64,000 nucleotides of DNA from Reclinomonas americana ATCC 50394 (GCA_048213135.1 PS015009.1:806001-870000); one strand, 5' to 3'. Positions 1 to 10,249 are shown, counted from the stretch's first letter. Numbers and translations: made by a program. Notes: generated by a model from the sequence alone, not told the origin.

Positions 1-109
1 TGAGCACGGGAACGTTGTGTGCATCCGGACTGTAAGCGTAACGGGGCGTACTGCATGAGGCGAGAAAGGCAACTGCGAACAACGCCAGTACATAAGCGTA
101 AGTTTTCAT
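1..109 (-). CDS. 5' part of a putative lipoprotein (runs off the window edge)
   Basis: Manual translation MKTYAYVLALFAVAFLASCSTPRYAYSPDAHNVPVL; hydrophobic signal with LAS-C lipobox; starts just after the rsmA stop. Confidence 0.7.
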   Translation of the reverse strand, partial: MKTYAYVLALFAVAFLASCSTPRYAYSPDAHNVPVL

Positions 110-127
110 ACTATTTGATTTTGATGG

Positions 128-880
128 CTATCTCATTCTAAAACTGAGCCGGGCGAAATCTTCCACAGATAAGGCTTCTGCTCTTTTATTAAAAATATCA
201 TCGGCAAGGGTCTCGGGGTCGAAAAGGGATTTTACCGCGTTACGCAAGGTTTTGCGGCGCTGGTTGAATGCTGTTTTAACCAGGTTACGAAAAGCCCTGT
301 CACTTTTCACTTCAAGGGCAGTTGTTTTCCTGGTTAGCTTTATGACCCCGCTGATCACTTTTGGCGGCGGGTTGAATGCCTCACGCGGCACATCGAATAA
401 GTATTCTACATCGTACCATGCCTGCACCAGCACACTGATCACTCCATATACTTTACTTCCTTCTTTCGATGCCACCCTTTCCGCTACCTCTTTCTGGAAC
501 ATACCAATTACAACAGGCACCTGGTCTTTCCAGTCGAGTACTTTGAATAATATCTGTGTAGATATATTGTAAGGAAAGTTCCCGATCACGGTAAAGCTTC
601 CTTCAAACGGCGGGTTAATGTCGAGAAAACTTTCATGAATGATCTTCCCTTCCATACCCTGCACATGGCCCTGCAAATATTGTACCTTTTCTTCGTCAAG
701 TTCCACCGCTTTGAATTGCACACCGGGCAGTTGCACCAGGTGACGCGTAAGTGCGCCACCTCCAGGGCCTACTTCCAGCAACTGGTTGGGGACCGGGTCG
801 GTAACGGTGTCAACAATTCTTTGAATGATGGAATCATCTTTCAGGAAATGCTGACCGAGTGATTTTTTAAGCGTGTACAT
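128..880 (-). CDS. rsmA: 16S rRNA (adenine1518/1519-N6)-dimethyltransferase RsmA/KsgA
   Basis: KKSLGQHFL, EVGPGGG SAM motif, GNFPYNIS, FNQRRKTLRN; start reassigned to MYTLKK at 880. Confidence 0.97.
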   Translation of the reverse strand: MYTLKKSLGQHFLKDDSIIQRIVDTVTDPVPNQLLEVGPGGGALTRHLVQLPGVQFKAVELDEEKVQYLQGHVQGMEGKIIHESFLDINPPFEGSFTVIGNFPYNISTQILFKVLDWKDQVPVVIGMFQKEVAERVASKEGSKVYGVISVLVQAWYDVEYLFDVPREAFNPPPKVISGVIKLTRKTTALEVKSDRAFRNLVKTAFNQRRKTLRNAVKSLFDPETLADDIFNKRAEALSVEDFARLSFRMR

Positions 881-885
881 CAGCG

Positions 886-893
886 CAAAGATA
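886..893 (-). promoter_or_regulatory. Bacteroidota sigmaABfr -7 box (TATCTTTG) upstream of rsmA
   Basis: Matches TAnnTTTG consensus, 5 nt before the ATG. Confidence 0.5.
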
Positions 894-933
894 AGAATAG
901 CCCTGCCACAAATGCCCAAACTCCTTATCTTTA

Positions 934-1506
934 ATGAGAATGGAAAATACACACAGCATGGAAAGTATGCCTGCACCTAAACAGCGACCACCTTATCTCC
1001 TGGGCCTGCTTGGCCTGATCCCTCTTGTGGGCGCTTTTGCAGGTTTTGCATTGTTGCTCATGGCCATATTCAAATACAAGGATAAATGGCTGGCGATAAT
1101 CGGCATAGCCGGCATTTTAATCACAGTGGGGCTTTACTCATTCCTGTTTTATTACATGAAGCATGGAAAATCTTCGCAGGAGGCATTTGCCAGGATCTCT
1201 CAAATGCAACTGAATTCCTTAATGAAGAACGTGGAGTTTTATAAGCTGGAAACAGGTAAATATCCCGACAGCCTGCAACAACTGAGCAGGCGGGATGAGT
1301 TTGTTCCGGTATACGACCCAATACAGGCCGTACAGGACAGGAATAATAAATTGTACAACTACGAGAACCTGGGTGATAAGTACCTTCTTTTTTCCTCCGG
1401 GCAGGATGGCATACCCAATACGGATGATGATCTCTATCCTGAGATCAAAGTGATGGACAGGAGTAAAATCGGGTGGGTGCGCTCCAGGATGGGATTACCA
1501 CAATAG
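934..1506 (+). CDS. Membrane protein with C-terminal GspG (T2SS pseudopilin G)-like domain
   Basis: Two N-terminal TM helices, then YKLETGKYPDSLQQL...YLLFSSGQDGIPNTDDDLY resembling the T2SSG C-terminus; start may be M at 958 or 967. Confidence 0.65.
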   Translation: MRMENTHSMESMPAPKQRPPYLLGLLGLIPLVGAFAGFALLLMAIFKYKDKWLAIIGIAGILITVGLYSFLFYYMKHGKSSQEAFARISQMQLNSLMKNVEFYKLETGKYPDSLQQLSRRDEFVPVYDPIQAVQDRNNKLYNYENLGDKYLLFSSGQDGIPNTDDDLYPEIKVMDRSKIGWVRSRMGLPQ

Positions 1507-1531
1507 AAGATGTAACCAATTTATATACATC

Positions 1532-1806
1532 ATGATAAAACGCGTCGCCGCTATTATTTCAGGCATTCTTATTATGATCTCTCTTTTCGCCAGTTACAGT
1601 GATGAACAACATCAACGGGCCAATTGCTCATCTGGTATATTTTCACCCCAAAGATGCTGAAGATCGTTGTATGGATTATCTTTTTCTTCTTGGCAGCCCG
1701 TCTTATCTGGGGTAAACCAAAAGATTACTCCAAATATTTCTACGCCCTTTTTGTAAAATGGTGGAGCAATCCAAAAAAGAATGCAAAGGCTATAAACCAG
1801 GATTAA
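1532..1806 (+). pseudogene. Small membrane protein, possibly frameshifted
   Basis: ATG at 1532 gives hydrophobic MIKRVAAIISGILIMISLFA... that stops early; a second hydrophobic frame (1624-1806) overlaps and continues to the terminator. Confidence 0.35.
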
Positions 1807-1836
1807 AAAAGAAAGCCCTTCTGACGAGAAGGGCTG
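1805..1836. terminator. Intrinsic terminator between convergent genes
   Basis: agcccttct-gacg-agaagggct hairpin preceded by an A-run. Confidence 0.7.
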
Positions 1837-1856
1837 ATAAAAACAGGCATATCCAT

Positions 1857-4800
1857 TTACGGCCTGATAAAGAACCGCTCTGCCAGTAGCGCTTCATTCA
1901 TCATCACCTGTAATGAATAAACACCGCTTCTATATTTATTGATACTGTTCCAGGTAATGATATTGTTACCCGGTCTTATGATACGCTGTTCCTGCAATAC
2001 CACCCTGCCGGCATTATCAACCAGGCGGATGGTAGCTACAGATGCCTTGCCGGCATTTATGTTCAGTGTTACATAATCACTGGCGGGGTTAGGCATCACT
2101 GTAAGCGACTGCGTTGAACCGGGTTTGCGCACCAGCAATATTTCACTGAGTTTCACTTCCTGTGTAACAGCAACTACACGTATACGGTAGTACAATACAT
2201 CGCTTCCCGGTGCAGGCATATTATCTGTAAAGGCAAAGCCTTGTGATGTATTTACCTGGCTGGTGCCGTTTATCCTTCCGATATTACTGAAGCTACTATT
2301 GCCTGTGCTTCGTTCCACTTCAAAATGATCAATAGCCACAGCACTTTTCACCACCCAGTGAAGGTCTACTGTATTCCCTTTATCTATCGCAGTGAATTGC
2401 AGGAAATCTACAGGCAGTACCGTTCCTACATACCGCCAGTCACGGTCGAGTTGCGCAGGTATCCTTTTTTGAACTGTCGCCCTGGTACCGGGTGTGGCGT
2501 CGCCGGTAAGGCTGCCGTTATTACCCATCATATAAGAAGTACCTTTAACATTGATCACGGAGTTGAGCGAATCAAAACGGTTGTCCAGCCCGTCACCATC
2601 AGTGTCAAGTCCAGTGAGCGTAACGTTGTCATCGGCAAGGTGATTCAGGTTAAAGTCGTTGCCCTCAATGATATCGGGTTGCCCGTCTGCGTCCGTGTCC
2701 AGGTCACGCACATCGGGTATGCCGTCGCCGTCGTGATCATAAAGGAATATGCCCGAGCCGCTGAAGCCAGCGAAATTATCATAGGTATTCACCAGTCCGT
2801 CGCCGTCGGTATCGGTCAGCGCCGGTAATTTATACGTTGCTGTGGGCTGTCCTTCAATATTATCCGGAATACCATCATCATCGCTGTCGATGTCGAGATA
2901 ATCAGGTTTGCCATCACCATCCGTACTACGTATACCCAGTGCCGGTAGTGCAGATACGGAAGCCGACCAGCCATTGCTGCCGATCGTTCCGTCAACAATA
3001 CCGTTGAGATTGGCATCGGGCAGCCCTGCTTCTATCACATCCACAATACCATCGCCGTCGCTGTCCACATCGTAAGGATTGGGGCGCAGGTCGCGGTCAA
3101 GATTTTTATTGGGCCAGTTATCGGCACGGCCGTTATTATCAGCATCCGGACCGGTGATCAGCAGTGCTGTACCGTTTACATTATTATCGGAAAGCCCGTC
3201 GCTGTTGAGGTCCAGGAAATTGGCGAGGTGACCCGTATTGGCCGTATACGGGCCGGATACTTCCACCACATCCGGAATACCATCGTTATCGCTGTCGGTA
3301 TCAAGATAGTTGGGAATTCCATCTCCATCAAAGTCCTGCGGACCAAGCCCTACGGAAGAACCATTGACACCGGTATTGTTGGCATCCACATTTTGCGAAA
3401 ATCCATCATTGTCGGTATCCGTATAATTATCGATGATGCCGTCGCCATTGGTATCCACACCATAGGATTCCACGGTATCGGGAATACCATCATTGTCGCT
3501 GTCAAGATCATACTGGTTGGGAATGCCATCTTTATCTTTATCTGCGTTGTCGTTAACCCCGTCGCCATTGGTATCAATGAATCCCGGGAAATCGGTATCG
3601 TAAAAATTGGGGATGCCATCGTTATCCATATCGGCGCCATAATCGAACCGGTCATTCACCGCGTCGCTGTTGTTGTCTACCCATCCGGGATAAGCAGGAT
3701 CGTTCCAGTTGGGAATACCATTGCTGTTGTGATCCTGCAACGCCAGTGGGTTGTCAAACTCCACGTAATCGGGTATGCCGTCGTTATCGTCATCTATATC
3801 CGGGCAACCCGTGATCACCACGGCAATGCGTGCTGTATCGGAACAACCGGCACCATTATCAAAATAAGCCCAGAAGATACCGCTGCTGGTTACGGGCAGG
3901 TAAGGATCATATTGGTTGGCAGGAATAAAAGGCGTAGCGGTATAAAAAACATAACCGGCATAGCGGCGCCAGGGTAATGTAATACTGCCGGCGGGACAAC
4001 GGTTGACGATCACGGTGTCTTTGGGTGAGAAACAGGAACCTGTTGCCGTGCTGATGACCGGGCCTTTTATAATACAACCCGATATGTTGACACCGCTGGA
4101 ATCATACAATACCAACCCGGATGTTTTACCGGTGTAGTTGATGCGTGCGCTGTTGCGGAGTGAATTGGAACAGGCCAGGATATCGCAGGAAGAAGCGATC
4201 ACCACATCAAACTGCACATTGCCACTAACGCCGGGGCCTATACGCCCTCCGGTGACGGCATTGGCTCCTGTGCCTACGCGAAATACCACCCTCCTGTTTA
4301 CGGCGTCATATTCTGCCTGGTCATCGCCGGAGCCATCGCTCTTAGCCACGCCGCCTATTTTTATACTGCCCGGCAGGAAGGTTGAGCCTGCGGGAATGTT
4401 ATCGATGATAACCGTATTGGTACTGGAGTCGTTGCCCACATTATTGAAGTTGACCTGGTAACGAAGACTGTCGCCGGGTACAAGTGTACCCCCGTTAATA
4501 TCAGTAGCCGTTTTATCAAAAGCGAATGTGGGCGTGTATTGCGTAATGGAAGTGGTGAGCACCTGTACAAAATAGTTTTCACCCGGTGAAGAGAAGCGAA
4601 CCGTGGCACTGGTTTTATTATTACCGAGCTGGGCATTACTGGTATTGGGCAGTTCGAATATGCTGGCGTCGTAGCCCAGTGTATTGTTATACGCGGGATT
4701 CCGGGTGGTTACCACGGCGCCTTTGTAAGATATTTTACTGTTCCAGGCATCGGCGGTTCCGTTAAGCGGTACTGTAGTGGTGGCGAGGTTATAGAAAGAA

Positions 4801-6185
4801 GCGGCTCCTGCCTGTTTGAACGCAAAGGAATCGGTTGAACCGCGATCGCCGTCGTATACAACAGACCCCAGTTCACAACTTACAGCACCGGAGGGCGGCG
4901 TAAGGAACCCGCTGATGCTTACATCCACCGCGGGGTCGCCCTGGTTGATGATCACGCTGCCGTCGAACACCGTAAGGTTTCTTTGCTGCAGCGAAGGATT
5001 GGCATAGGCGATCACGATGGTCCAGCCACCGCAGGAATTATTAATGCCGATAGGACCAAGCACATTGGCCACAGAATAGGTACCATTAGGATTGGTGGTA
5101 TTGATAAGCGAAGTAATGTCTTTAAAACAGAGATAACCCACGTGCGGCAGTCCTGCTGAATACGCGGCGCTGTGCCTGTCGGTTTGTGTGGATGTCAATG
5201 TCTGGTAAGCGGAGGCTCCGGGTATTTTCAGTTTTACGGTATTGTATCCGGCGGTGATCCAGGTACTGTCGGTACCATTAGAACCCTGGTCGGCACCCCA
5301 GTACAGTCCGGCAAACAACACTTCGGAACAGGAAGGCAAACTCAGATCAGCTGTAGTGGCATTGTAAGTACCATTATCATCCAGCCCCAGCATTTCCATG
5401 TCGAATGACATATCAGCTGATGTAAGCGAACGCAGGTGCACTTCCACCGCTATGGTGTTTACCCCTGCTGAAAAAAAGGAAGGACTTAAATTGACGCTGA
5501 AGTTTTCCGCGGCTCCGGGTGTAATATCTGAAGAAGCCAGTGTGGTGTAGATGGGTGTGCCTGCCGGCATATTACTTCTCGCTCTTTCTACGCCATTCAC
5601 ATAAATAACGATGCCATCGTCGCGTTTTACATTCAGTTGCAGTGCATAAAAAGTAGTAAGTTCTGCAGCGGTGAAATTGACCGTCTTCCTGAAATAATAA
5701 CTCAGGTACTTGTTACCCACAGGCAGGCATATGGGCAGGGCGCCGCTGGGCATACAGGTAGCCTGGCTCGCATTGAATCCATACTTGCCATTGCCGGAGC
5801 CGGATGCGCCGGTATTCCATAATGCATTAAGGGTGTAAGCGGGTTGTTTCCAGGTGTTGCCGGAGCCATCGTTGGCGGGGGCGGTAAGGTTACCGTAATA
5901 ATTCCAGGTACTGCCATAACTGATCTTGGGCGTGGGTGCAGGATTGTCCACGTCGATATTGATACCTGCCGCGGCGTTATCCTTACTCGTTCCCGTGGGT
6001 GGCACTTCTCCTGTACCGGGTACACCTGTGCCAATACCCGTAGTGGATATGATGCTATTGGACAGGTATACAATATTGCCGCGTACCGAAGCATTGTAAT
6101 ACCTCGGTGTAAACGGCCGGATGATCTGTGCTGCCGCTGCCACCGTGATCATCAGCAACAGGGGAAGCAGTAGAACTTTTTTCAT
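1857..6185 (-). CDS. Large T9SS-secreted surface protein/adhesin (jelly-roll domain, DUF11-like repeat, thrombospondin type-3-like Ca-binding repeats, type A CTD)
   Basis: Signal peptide MKKVLLLPLLL at 6185; many DxDxDG repeats; VLPVDF linker and VMPNPASD...SGVYSLQV...ERFFIRP C-terminal sorting domain. Confidence 0.85.
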   Translation of the reverse strand: MKKVLLLPLLLMITVAAAAQIIRPFTPRYYNASVRGNIVYLSNSIISTTGIGTGVPGTGEVPPTGTSKDNAAAGINIDVDNPAPTPKISYGSTWNYYGNLTAPANDGSGNTWKQPAYTLNALWNTGASGSGNGKYGFNASQATCMPSGALPICLPVGNKYLSYYFRKTVNFTAAELTTFYALQLNVKRDDGIVIYVNGVERARSNMPAGTPIYTTLASSDITPGAAENFSVNLSPSFFSAGVNTIAVEVHLRSLTSADMSFDMEMLGLDDNGTYNATTADLSLPSCSEVLFAGLYWGADQGSNGTDSTWITAGYNTVKLKIPGASAYQTLTSTQTDRHSAAYSAGLPHVGYLCFKDITSLINTTNPNGTYSVANVLGPIGINNSCGGWTIVIAYANPSLQQRNLTVFDGSVIINQGDPAVDVSISGFLTPPSGAVSCELGSVVYDGDRGSTDSFAFKQAGAASFYNLATTTVPLNGTADAWNSKISYKGAVVTTRNPAYNNTLGYDASIFELPNTSNAQLGNNKTSATVRFSSPGENYFVQVLTTSITQYTPTFAFDKTATDINGGTLVPGDSLRYQVNFNNVGNDSSTNTVIIDNIPAGSTFLPGSIKIGGVAKSDGSGDDQAEYDAVNRRVVFRVGTGANAVTGGRIGPGVSGNVQFDVVIASSCDILACSNSLRNSARINYTGKTSGLVLYDSSGVNISGCIIKGPVISTATGSCFSPKDTVIVNRCPAGSITLPWRRYAGYVFYTATPFIPANQYDPYLPVTSSGIFWAYFDNGAGCSDTARIAVVITGCPDIDDDNDGIPDYVEFDNPLALQDHNSNGIPNWNDPAYPGWVDNNSDAVNDRFDYGADMDNDGIPNFYDTDFPGFIDTNGDGVNDNADKDKDGIPNQYDLDSDNDGIPDTVESYGVDTNGDGIIDNYTDTDNDGFSQNVDANNTGVNGSSVGLGPQDFDGDGIPNYLDTDSDNDGIPDVVEVSGPYTANTGHLANFLDLNSDGLSDNNVNGTALLITGPDADNNGRADNWPNKNLDRDLRPNPYDVDSDGDGIVDVIEAGLPDANLNGIVDGTIGSNGWSASVSALPALGIRSTDGDGKPDYLDIDSDDDGIPDNIEGQPTATYKLPALTDTDGDGLVNTYDNFAGFSGSGIFLYDHDGDGIPDVRDLDTDADGQPDIIEGNDFNLNHLADDNVTLTGLDTDGDGLDNRFDSLNSVINVKGTSYMMGNNGSLTGDATPGTRATVQKRIPAQLDRDWRYVGTVLPVDFLQFTAIDKGNTVDLHWVVKSAVAIDHFEVERSTGNSSFSNIGRINGTSQVNTSQGFAFTDNMPAPGSDVLYYRIRVVAVTQEVKLSEILLVRKPGSTQSLTVMPNPASDYVTLNINAGKASVATIRLVDNAGRVVLQEQRIIRPGNNIITWNSINKYRSGVYSLQVMMNEALLAERFFIRP

Positions 6186-6247
6186 AACATCTGGATTCAG
6201 GTTATCAAAGGGACGTCTGGATAATATGCTCAAGGCTGGCCCTGCCA

Positions 6248-8929
6248 CTACCTTATTATGATCTTATAACTGGCGGTTTCGCCGGATGCGCTGACTACCG
6301 TGAGTACATACAATCCCGGCGGAAATGCCAGCGTCCGCTGAACACCACTGTTGCTAACGGACAAACGTTGCTGCCACAACAAAGCGCCCGCCATGCTGCT
6401 TAGTTTGATGTCGAGCAAAGCGGGTGAAGCGGCTCTTATATTAACAGTTGCCAAACCCGGGCCGCTGATCATATTCACCTGCCATGAGCGGCTGCCTTTA
6501 TAATTCACCGTACGTACACCATGATAGGAAACCGTTCCATCCTGCGCTACCTGCGACAGACGGTAGTAGTTGATGCCCGTGGCGGGAAAAGCATCCGTCA
6601 TGCGGTATTGCTGTAATTGTGCGGAATGCCCGGCAGCTGGAAGTCTTCCTAATTCATTGAAGTGTACCCCATCCGCCGATCTTTCGATCACCATCCAGCG
6701 GCTTTGCATTTCCCGCAGTGTATTCCAGCTGAGCAGTACTTTTTCATCCTGCTGTATGGCGCTGAAACTGCCGATATCCGCAGACAGGGTACCCGTTACC
6801 GTTACCACGAAACTGTCGCGGATGCAATTGTTGGCATCTCTTACAAAATAATTGAATGTACCATTGGCGGTATTGCCGATTGTTACCGACCTGCTGGCGG
6901 CATTGCTGTTATTGGGCCAGAGATAGCTGCCCCGCCAGGATGCGGTAAGTGTGAGTGGTGTATTGATCGCAACGGTGTAGTTGTTCATCTTGTTCACATC
7001 CTTGAATATGGTGAACTGGTCGCGGATCACCGGGGTTACACTGCCGCCTGTGCCGCTGTAAGAAATAAAACGGGCATCGAGGCGGTTACTGTCTACTTCA
7101 AAGTAGAGGGAACCTCCGTTACTGATATTGGAATAATACATGGCATCGTGCGGGTAGCCCGTGGACGATCCCCCGAGCTGCCCCGCCGATCCTGATACTA
7201 CATAGACCGTACCATGATTATACTTTCCTGAATTGTATTTGTAAGCGCAGGACTGCGCCGCGCCGTTGTAAAGCGCACTGGAACTGTCGGCTGTGTGCAG
7301 GTTCTTCCTGAAATCGGCATCCAGCAATGATGGCGCCGCCGCATTGGCTTTGTAATAATTCCTGAGCAGGTAACTGCGTTCATAACCATGTGCGTGCCCA
7401 TTCAGTACCAGGTCCACTCCATAACGCTCAAGTATGCGGATGAAATTTTCGCGGATGGCGCCCAGGTCGCCTGTCTCCGTATCGGAATTGTGACTGGTTT
7501 TTGTATAAGGCGGATGATGAAAATATACCACCACCCATTTCCGCGTATTGGCCGCCAGGTCGTTTTTTAACCACACGCATTGCGCTCCGGCTGTATCATA
7601 TAGTTTGGTGGTATTGGTATTCTCCCGACCGTAAGAGTCGAGCGAAATAAAATGCACATCGCCGATATCGAAAGAATAATACGCTTCGGTGCCGGATGCT
7701 GTGCCACCGCACTGTCCGGCATCAGGAATGGAAAAATTACTGTAGTAAGCATTGTTGCGTACACCGGTGTTGGCGCTGCTGTTACCATAGTCGTGGTTAC
7801 CCGGGGCCGGGTACAGTTTCATATTGCGCAGGATATCGTTTTTATAGATGTCGAAAAATTCATCCTGGAATTCGGTATCCAATCCTGAACTGTAAGCATT
7901 GTCACCCAACGAAATAAGTCCGTCAATATCATTACTGCCGATGTAACTGAGTAAAGCATTTTTGGTATCCACCTGGTTGGTGGATGCGTTACCACAATCG
8001 CCGAGTGCTACAAAACGAAGTTTACGTGTAGTATTCAGCGGTGGCATGGTAAGGAAGTAATTATTGTTTGCGGCGAGAAGGGTCTGTGCATTGGAGCCGA
8101 TGCTGTAGAAATATTTTGTGTCGGGGTTGAGCCCCTGTACGCGAACGATATGTTCGGTAGTAATGTCGATGGAATCAACCGCATTGGGATAAGTGCCGAA
8201 ACTATTACCCCAGCTCACTTTGGAGGTGGTGGGAATATCGGTGCGCCACCTGATGGTGATGCCATCCTGGTTGCCCATTTGCAGGTAAGGACCACGGGTG
8301 AGTACTGCTGCCGTAGTGACACCCACCATTTCCATATCAAAAAACAGATCGGTGCTGTTGAGTGCCGACTGGTGTATTTCCACCGCGATGCAGTTGTTGC
8401 CAGGTACAAAAAGCGCAGGACTGACATTACCGGTAAAGATAGTAGCACCATTGCCCGAAATAGCGGACGAGGCCAGTGTGGCATAGGCAGGATCCGCGGT
8501 GATATTATTACGGAATGCTTCTACGCCATTAACCCATACCACGATGGCATCATCAAATTTGGCACGGATGCGGAAGAATGTATAATCATTCGGATCAGTT
8601 ACGTTGATCGTTTTCCTGAAGTACAGCGTGGGGTAACGGTTAGCGGCAATGCCACCGCCGCCGGTGCTGGCGTCCTCCGGTATGGTGGTATTGCGGACCG
8701 GGGTGCCTGTGCCGAAGCCGAGTGCCGCTGCAGTGGTGAGCCATCCTGTTTCAGGATAAGCGACGGTTTTCCAGTTCACCGCATCGAGGTTGGTACCTCC
8801 TCCTATATATTTCCATTGGGGTGCTCCGCCAAGGTTTTGGCCGAAGGTAAAAAAAGTATCGTCAGCTTTGACGACCGTAACAGACAGAAAGAACAGCAGA
8901 CCTGTGAAAAGCAGGTAGACGTTTTTCAT
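6248..8929 (-). CDS. T9SS-secreted purple acid phosphatase-like metallophosphoesterase
   Basis: Motifs GDCG, GDNAY, GNHDY, HHPPY, GHAHGYERS; RGPYLQ FN3-type N-domain; signal peptide; C-terminal CTD (PPGLYVLTV...YKIIIR). Confidence 0.9.
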   Translation of the reverse strand: MKNVYLLFTGLLFFLSVTVVKADDTFFTFGQNLGGAPQWKYIGGGTNLDAVNWKTVAYPETGWLTTAAALGFGTGTPVRNTTIPEDASTGGGGIAANRYPTLYFRKTINVTDPNDYTFFRIRAKFDDAIVVWVNGVEAFRNNITADPAYATLASSAISGNGATIFTGNVSPALFVPGNNCIAVEIHQSALNSTDLFFDMEMVGVTTAAVLTRGPYLQMGNQDGITIRWRTDIPTTSKVSWGNSFGTYPNAVDSIDITTEHIVRVQGLNPDTKYFYSIGSNAQTLLAANNNYFLTMPPLNTTRKLRFVALGDCGNASTNQVDTKNALLSYIGSNDIDGLISLGDNAYSSGLDTEFQDEFFDIYKNDILRNMKLYPAPGNHDYGNSSANTGVRNNAYYSNFSIPDAGQCGGTASGTEAYYSFDIGDVHFISLDSYGRENTNTTKLYDTAGAQCVWLKNDLAANTRKWVVVYFHHPPYTKTSHNSDTETGDLGAIRENFIRILERYGVDLVLNGHAHGYERSYLLRNYYKANAAAPSLLDADFRKNLHTADSSSALYNGAAQSCAYKYNSGKYNHGTVYVVSGSAGQLGGSSTGYPHDAMYYSNISNGGSLYFEVDSNRLDARFISYSGTGGSVTPVIRDQFTIFKDVNKMNNYTVAINTPLTLTASWRGSYLWPNNSNAASRSVTIGNTANGTFNYFVRDANNCIRDSFVVTVTGTLSADIGSFSAIQQDEKVLLSWNTLREMQSRWMVIERSADGVHFNELGRLPAAGHSAQLQQYRMTDAFPATGINYYRLSQVAQDGTVSYHGVRTVNYKGSRSWQVNMISGPGLATVNIRAASPALLDIKLSSMAGALLWQQRLSVSNSGVQRTLAFPPGLYVLTVVSASGETASYKIIIR

Positions 8930-9293
8930 AAACACAGGATAAAAAGTTTTCGATAAATACAGGATTTATGGAGCTGCTGGATAAGATAGCCGAACACATC
9001 GAATCAAAGCGCCTCTGTATCGTAAACGGAAGCGGAAGACGAATTATTGCGCCATACCGCAAATCGCAGGTTTTCACGCGGTTGCAGGTGTTTAATCCAC
9101 GTTGGATGTACAATTTTTACGACATCCGGCATAGATGTTCTACTACCCTGGGGTAGTAATAAACGGGAGTGGGGGAACGTAAAGGTACTTTGGGAAATAA
9201 CGAGTGGCAAAGAAATGCCGTTAATGAAAAGGAAGATGTTTGGCGGTGACATCAGCCGCAGCGAAATTGTTTGTTTCCAGAACAATTCAGAAT

Positions 9294-9926
9294 CTACCTT
9301 AAATTCTTAATATACTTATGTGTAAAAATATATTTCTCATTTATAAGTTGGAAATAGTCTCTCAATAAAAATTGGGTTTTTACTATAGGGGTTATCATTT
9401 TAAACTCAGTGTTCTGAATTTTTATCCATGCAGAAGTAAGCCCATTTTCAAAAACAACTTTTATCCTATCTATTTGATCAAAAGAATAATCGCAAAGCGC
9501 ATAAGAAGGCGCACACTTTATTGAATCGTTATTAATACACACCAATCCATCCGGCATTTCTTCATCTTTACTATTTCTTACAACGCCCACCGGAAAGCCG
9601 CTTTTTACGTGATTATCTCTTATATCATAATTTATTTCAACTGGCACTTTCCCATCCTGAATTGTACTGTTAAGCATTAGAATTTTATTTTTCCTAATCC
9701 ACCTACCTTCACTAAATAAATTTTGATTAAAAGTGTTGAGTGTATAATAAAAAGTTCCGTCTGTGTATAATCTTAGCTTTACTTCCTGGTAGTGATCAGG
9801 AGCAGAGTAATAATATATTTTACATGCTTTACCTTTCTCATCTTTAGTCGCTACTTCATCCAGTTTCATTTTTTGAGAAAATGCGCTATGATACAAAAAA
9901 GCAGGTAGTAGAATTAATAATTTCAT
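9294..9926 (-). CDS. AT-rich exported hypothetical protein, putative orphan immunity protein
   Basis: 210-aa ORF with signal peptide; AT-rich; start overlaps (TAATG) the stop of a short upstream reading-frame remnant. Confidence 0.65.
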   Translation of the reverse strand: MKLLILLPAFLYHSAFSQKMKLDEVATKDEKGKACKIYYYSAPDHYQEVKLRLYTDGTFYYTLNTFNQNLFSEGRWIRKNKILMLNSTIQDGKVPVEINYDIRDNHVKSGFPVGVVRNSKDEEMPDGLVCINNDSIKCAPSYALCDYSFDQIDRIKVVFENGLTSAWIKIQNTEFKMITPIVKTQFLLRDYFQLINEKYIFTHKYIKNLR

Positions 9927-9938
9927 TAGTTATAATTT

Positions 9939-10178
9939 TTAACATTTCCGGACGTTTGTACTCCTTCTGGCAATTGTTTCATGAATGATCAAATTTACGT
10001 GATTGGTCATGACCAGCCATCTATGCAGGCGCATGCCTTTGTTCATCTGGCAATACCGAAGACTGTTTACCAATATTTCATTATGCGATTCCCTGCTGAC
10101 TATATCTACTCAGCCTGCAACTGAGAAAATCACAAAATAAGGAATGCCATCCCTTCCTACTTTATGCTTACCTGACAT
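9939..10178 (-). pseudogene. Truncated REP-associated tyrosine transposase (RAYT, IS200/Y1 HUH family)
   Basis: Manual translation MSGKHKVGRDGIPYFVIFSVAG*VDIVSRESHNEILVNSLRYCQMNKGMRLHRWLVMTNHVNLIIH matches the Bacteroidota RAYT N-terminal pattern (YF.TF.VV.W.D.F.R...L..SL.YCQ..KG..L.AW..M.NH.H.I); in-frame TGA at the Trp, HUH degraded to HVN, C-terminal half missing. Confidence 0.75.
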
Positions 10179-10249
10179 AGCCAATAATTTACAACCCCGG
10201 AACAATGGTGCAGGGGAAGTAAAATTTAAAAAATCAATAATAACAACGG

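Noticed and set aside
8862-9310. Short overlapping ORFs upstream of the phosphatase
   Set aside because: They are mutually overlapping and have no motifs; the region is more plausibly promoter or intergenic DNA.
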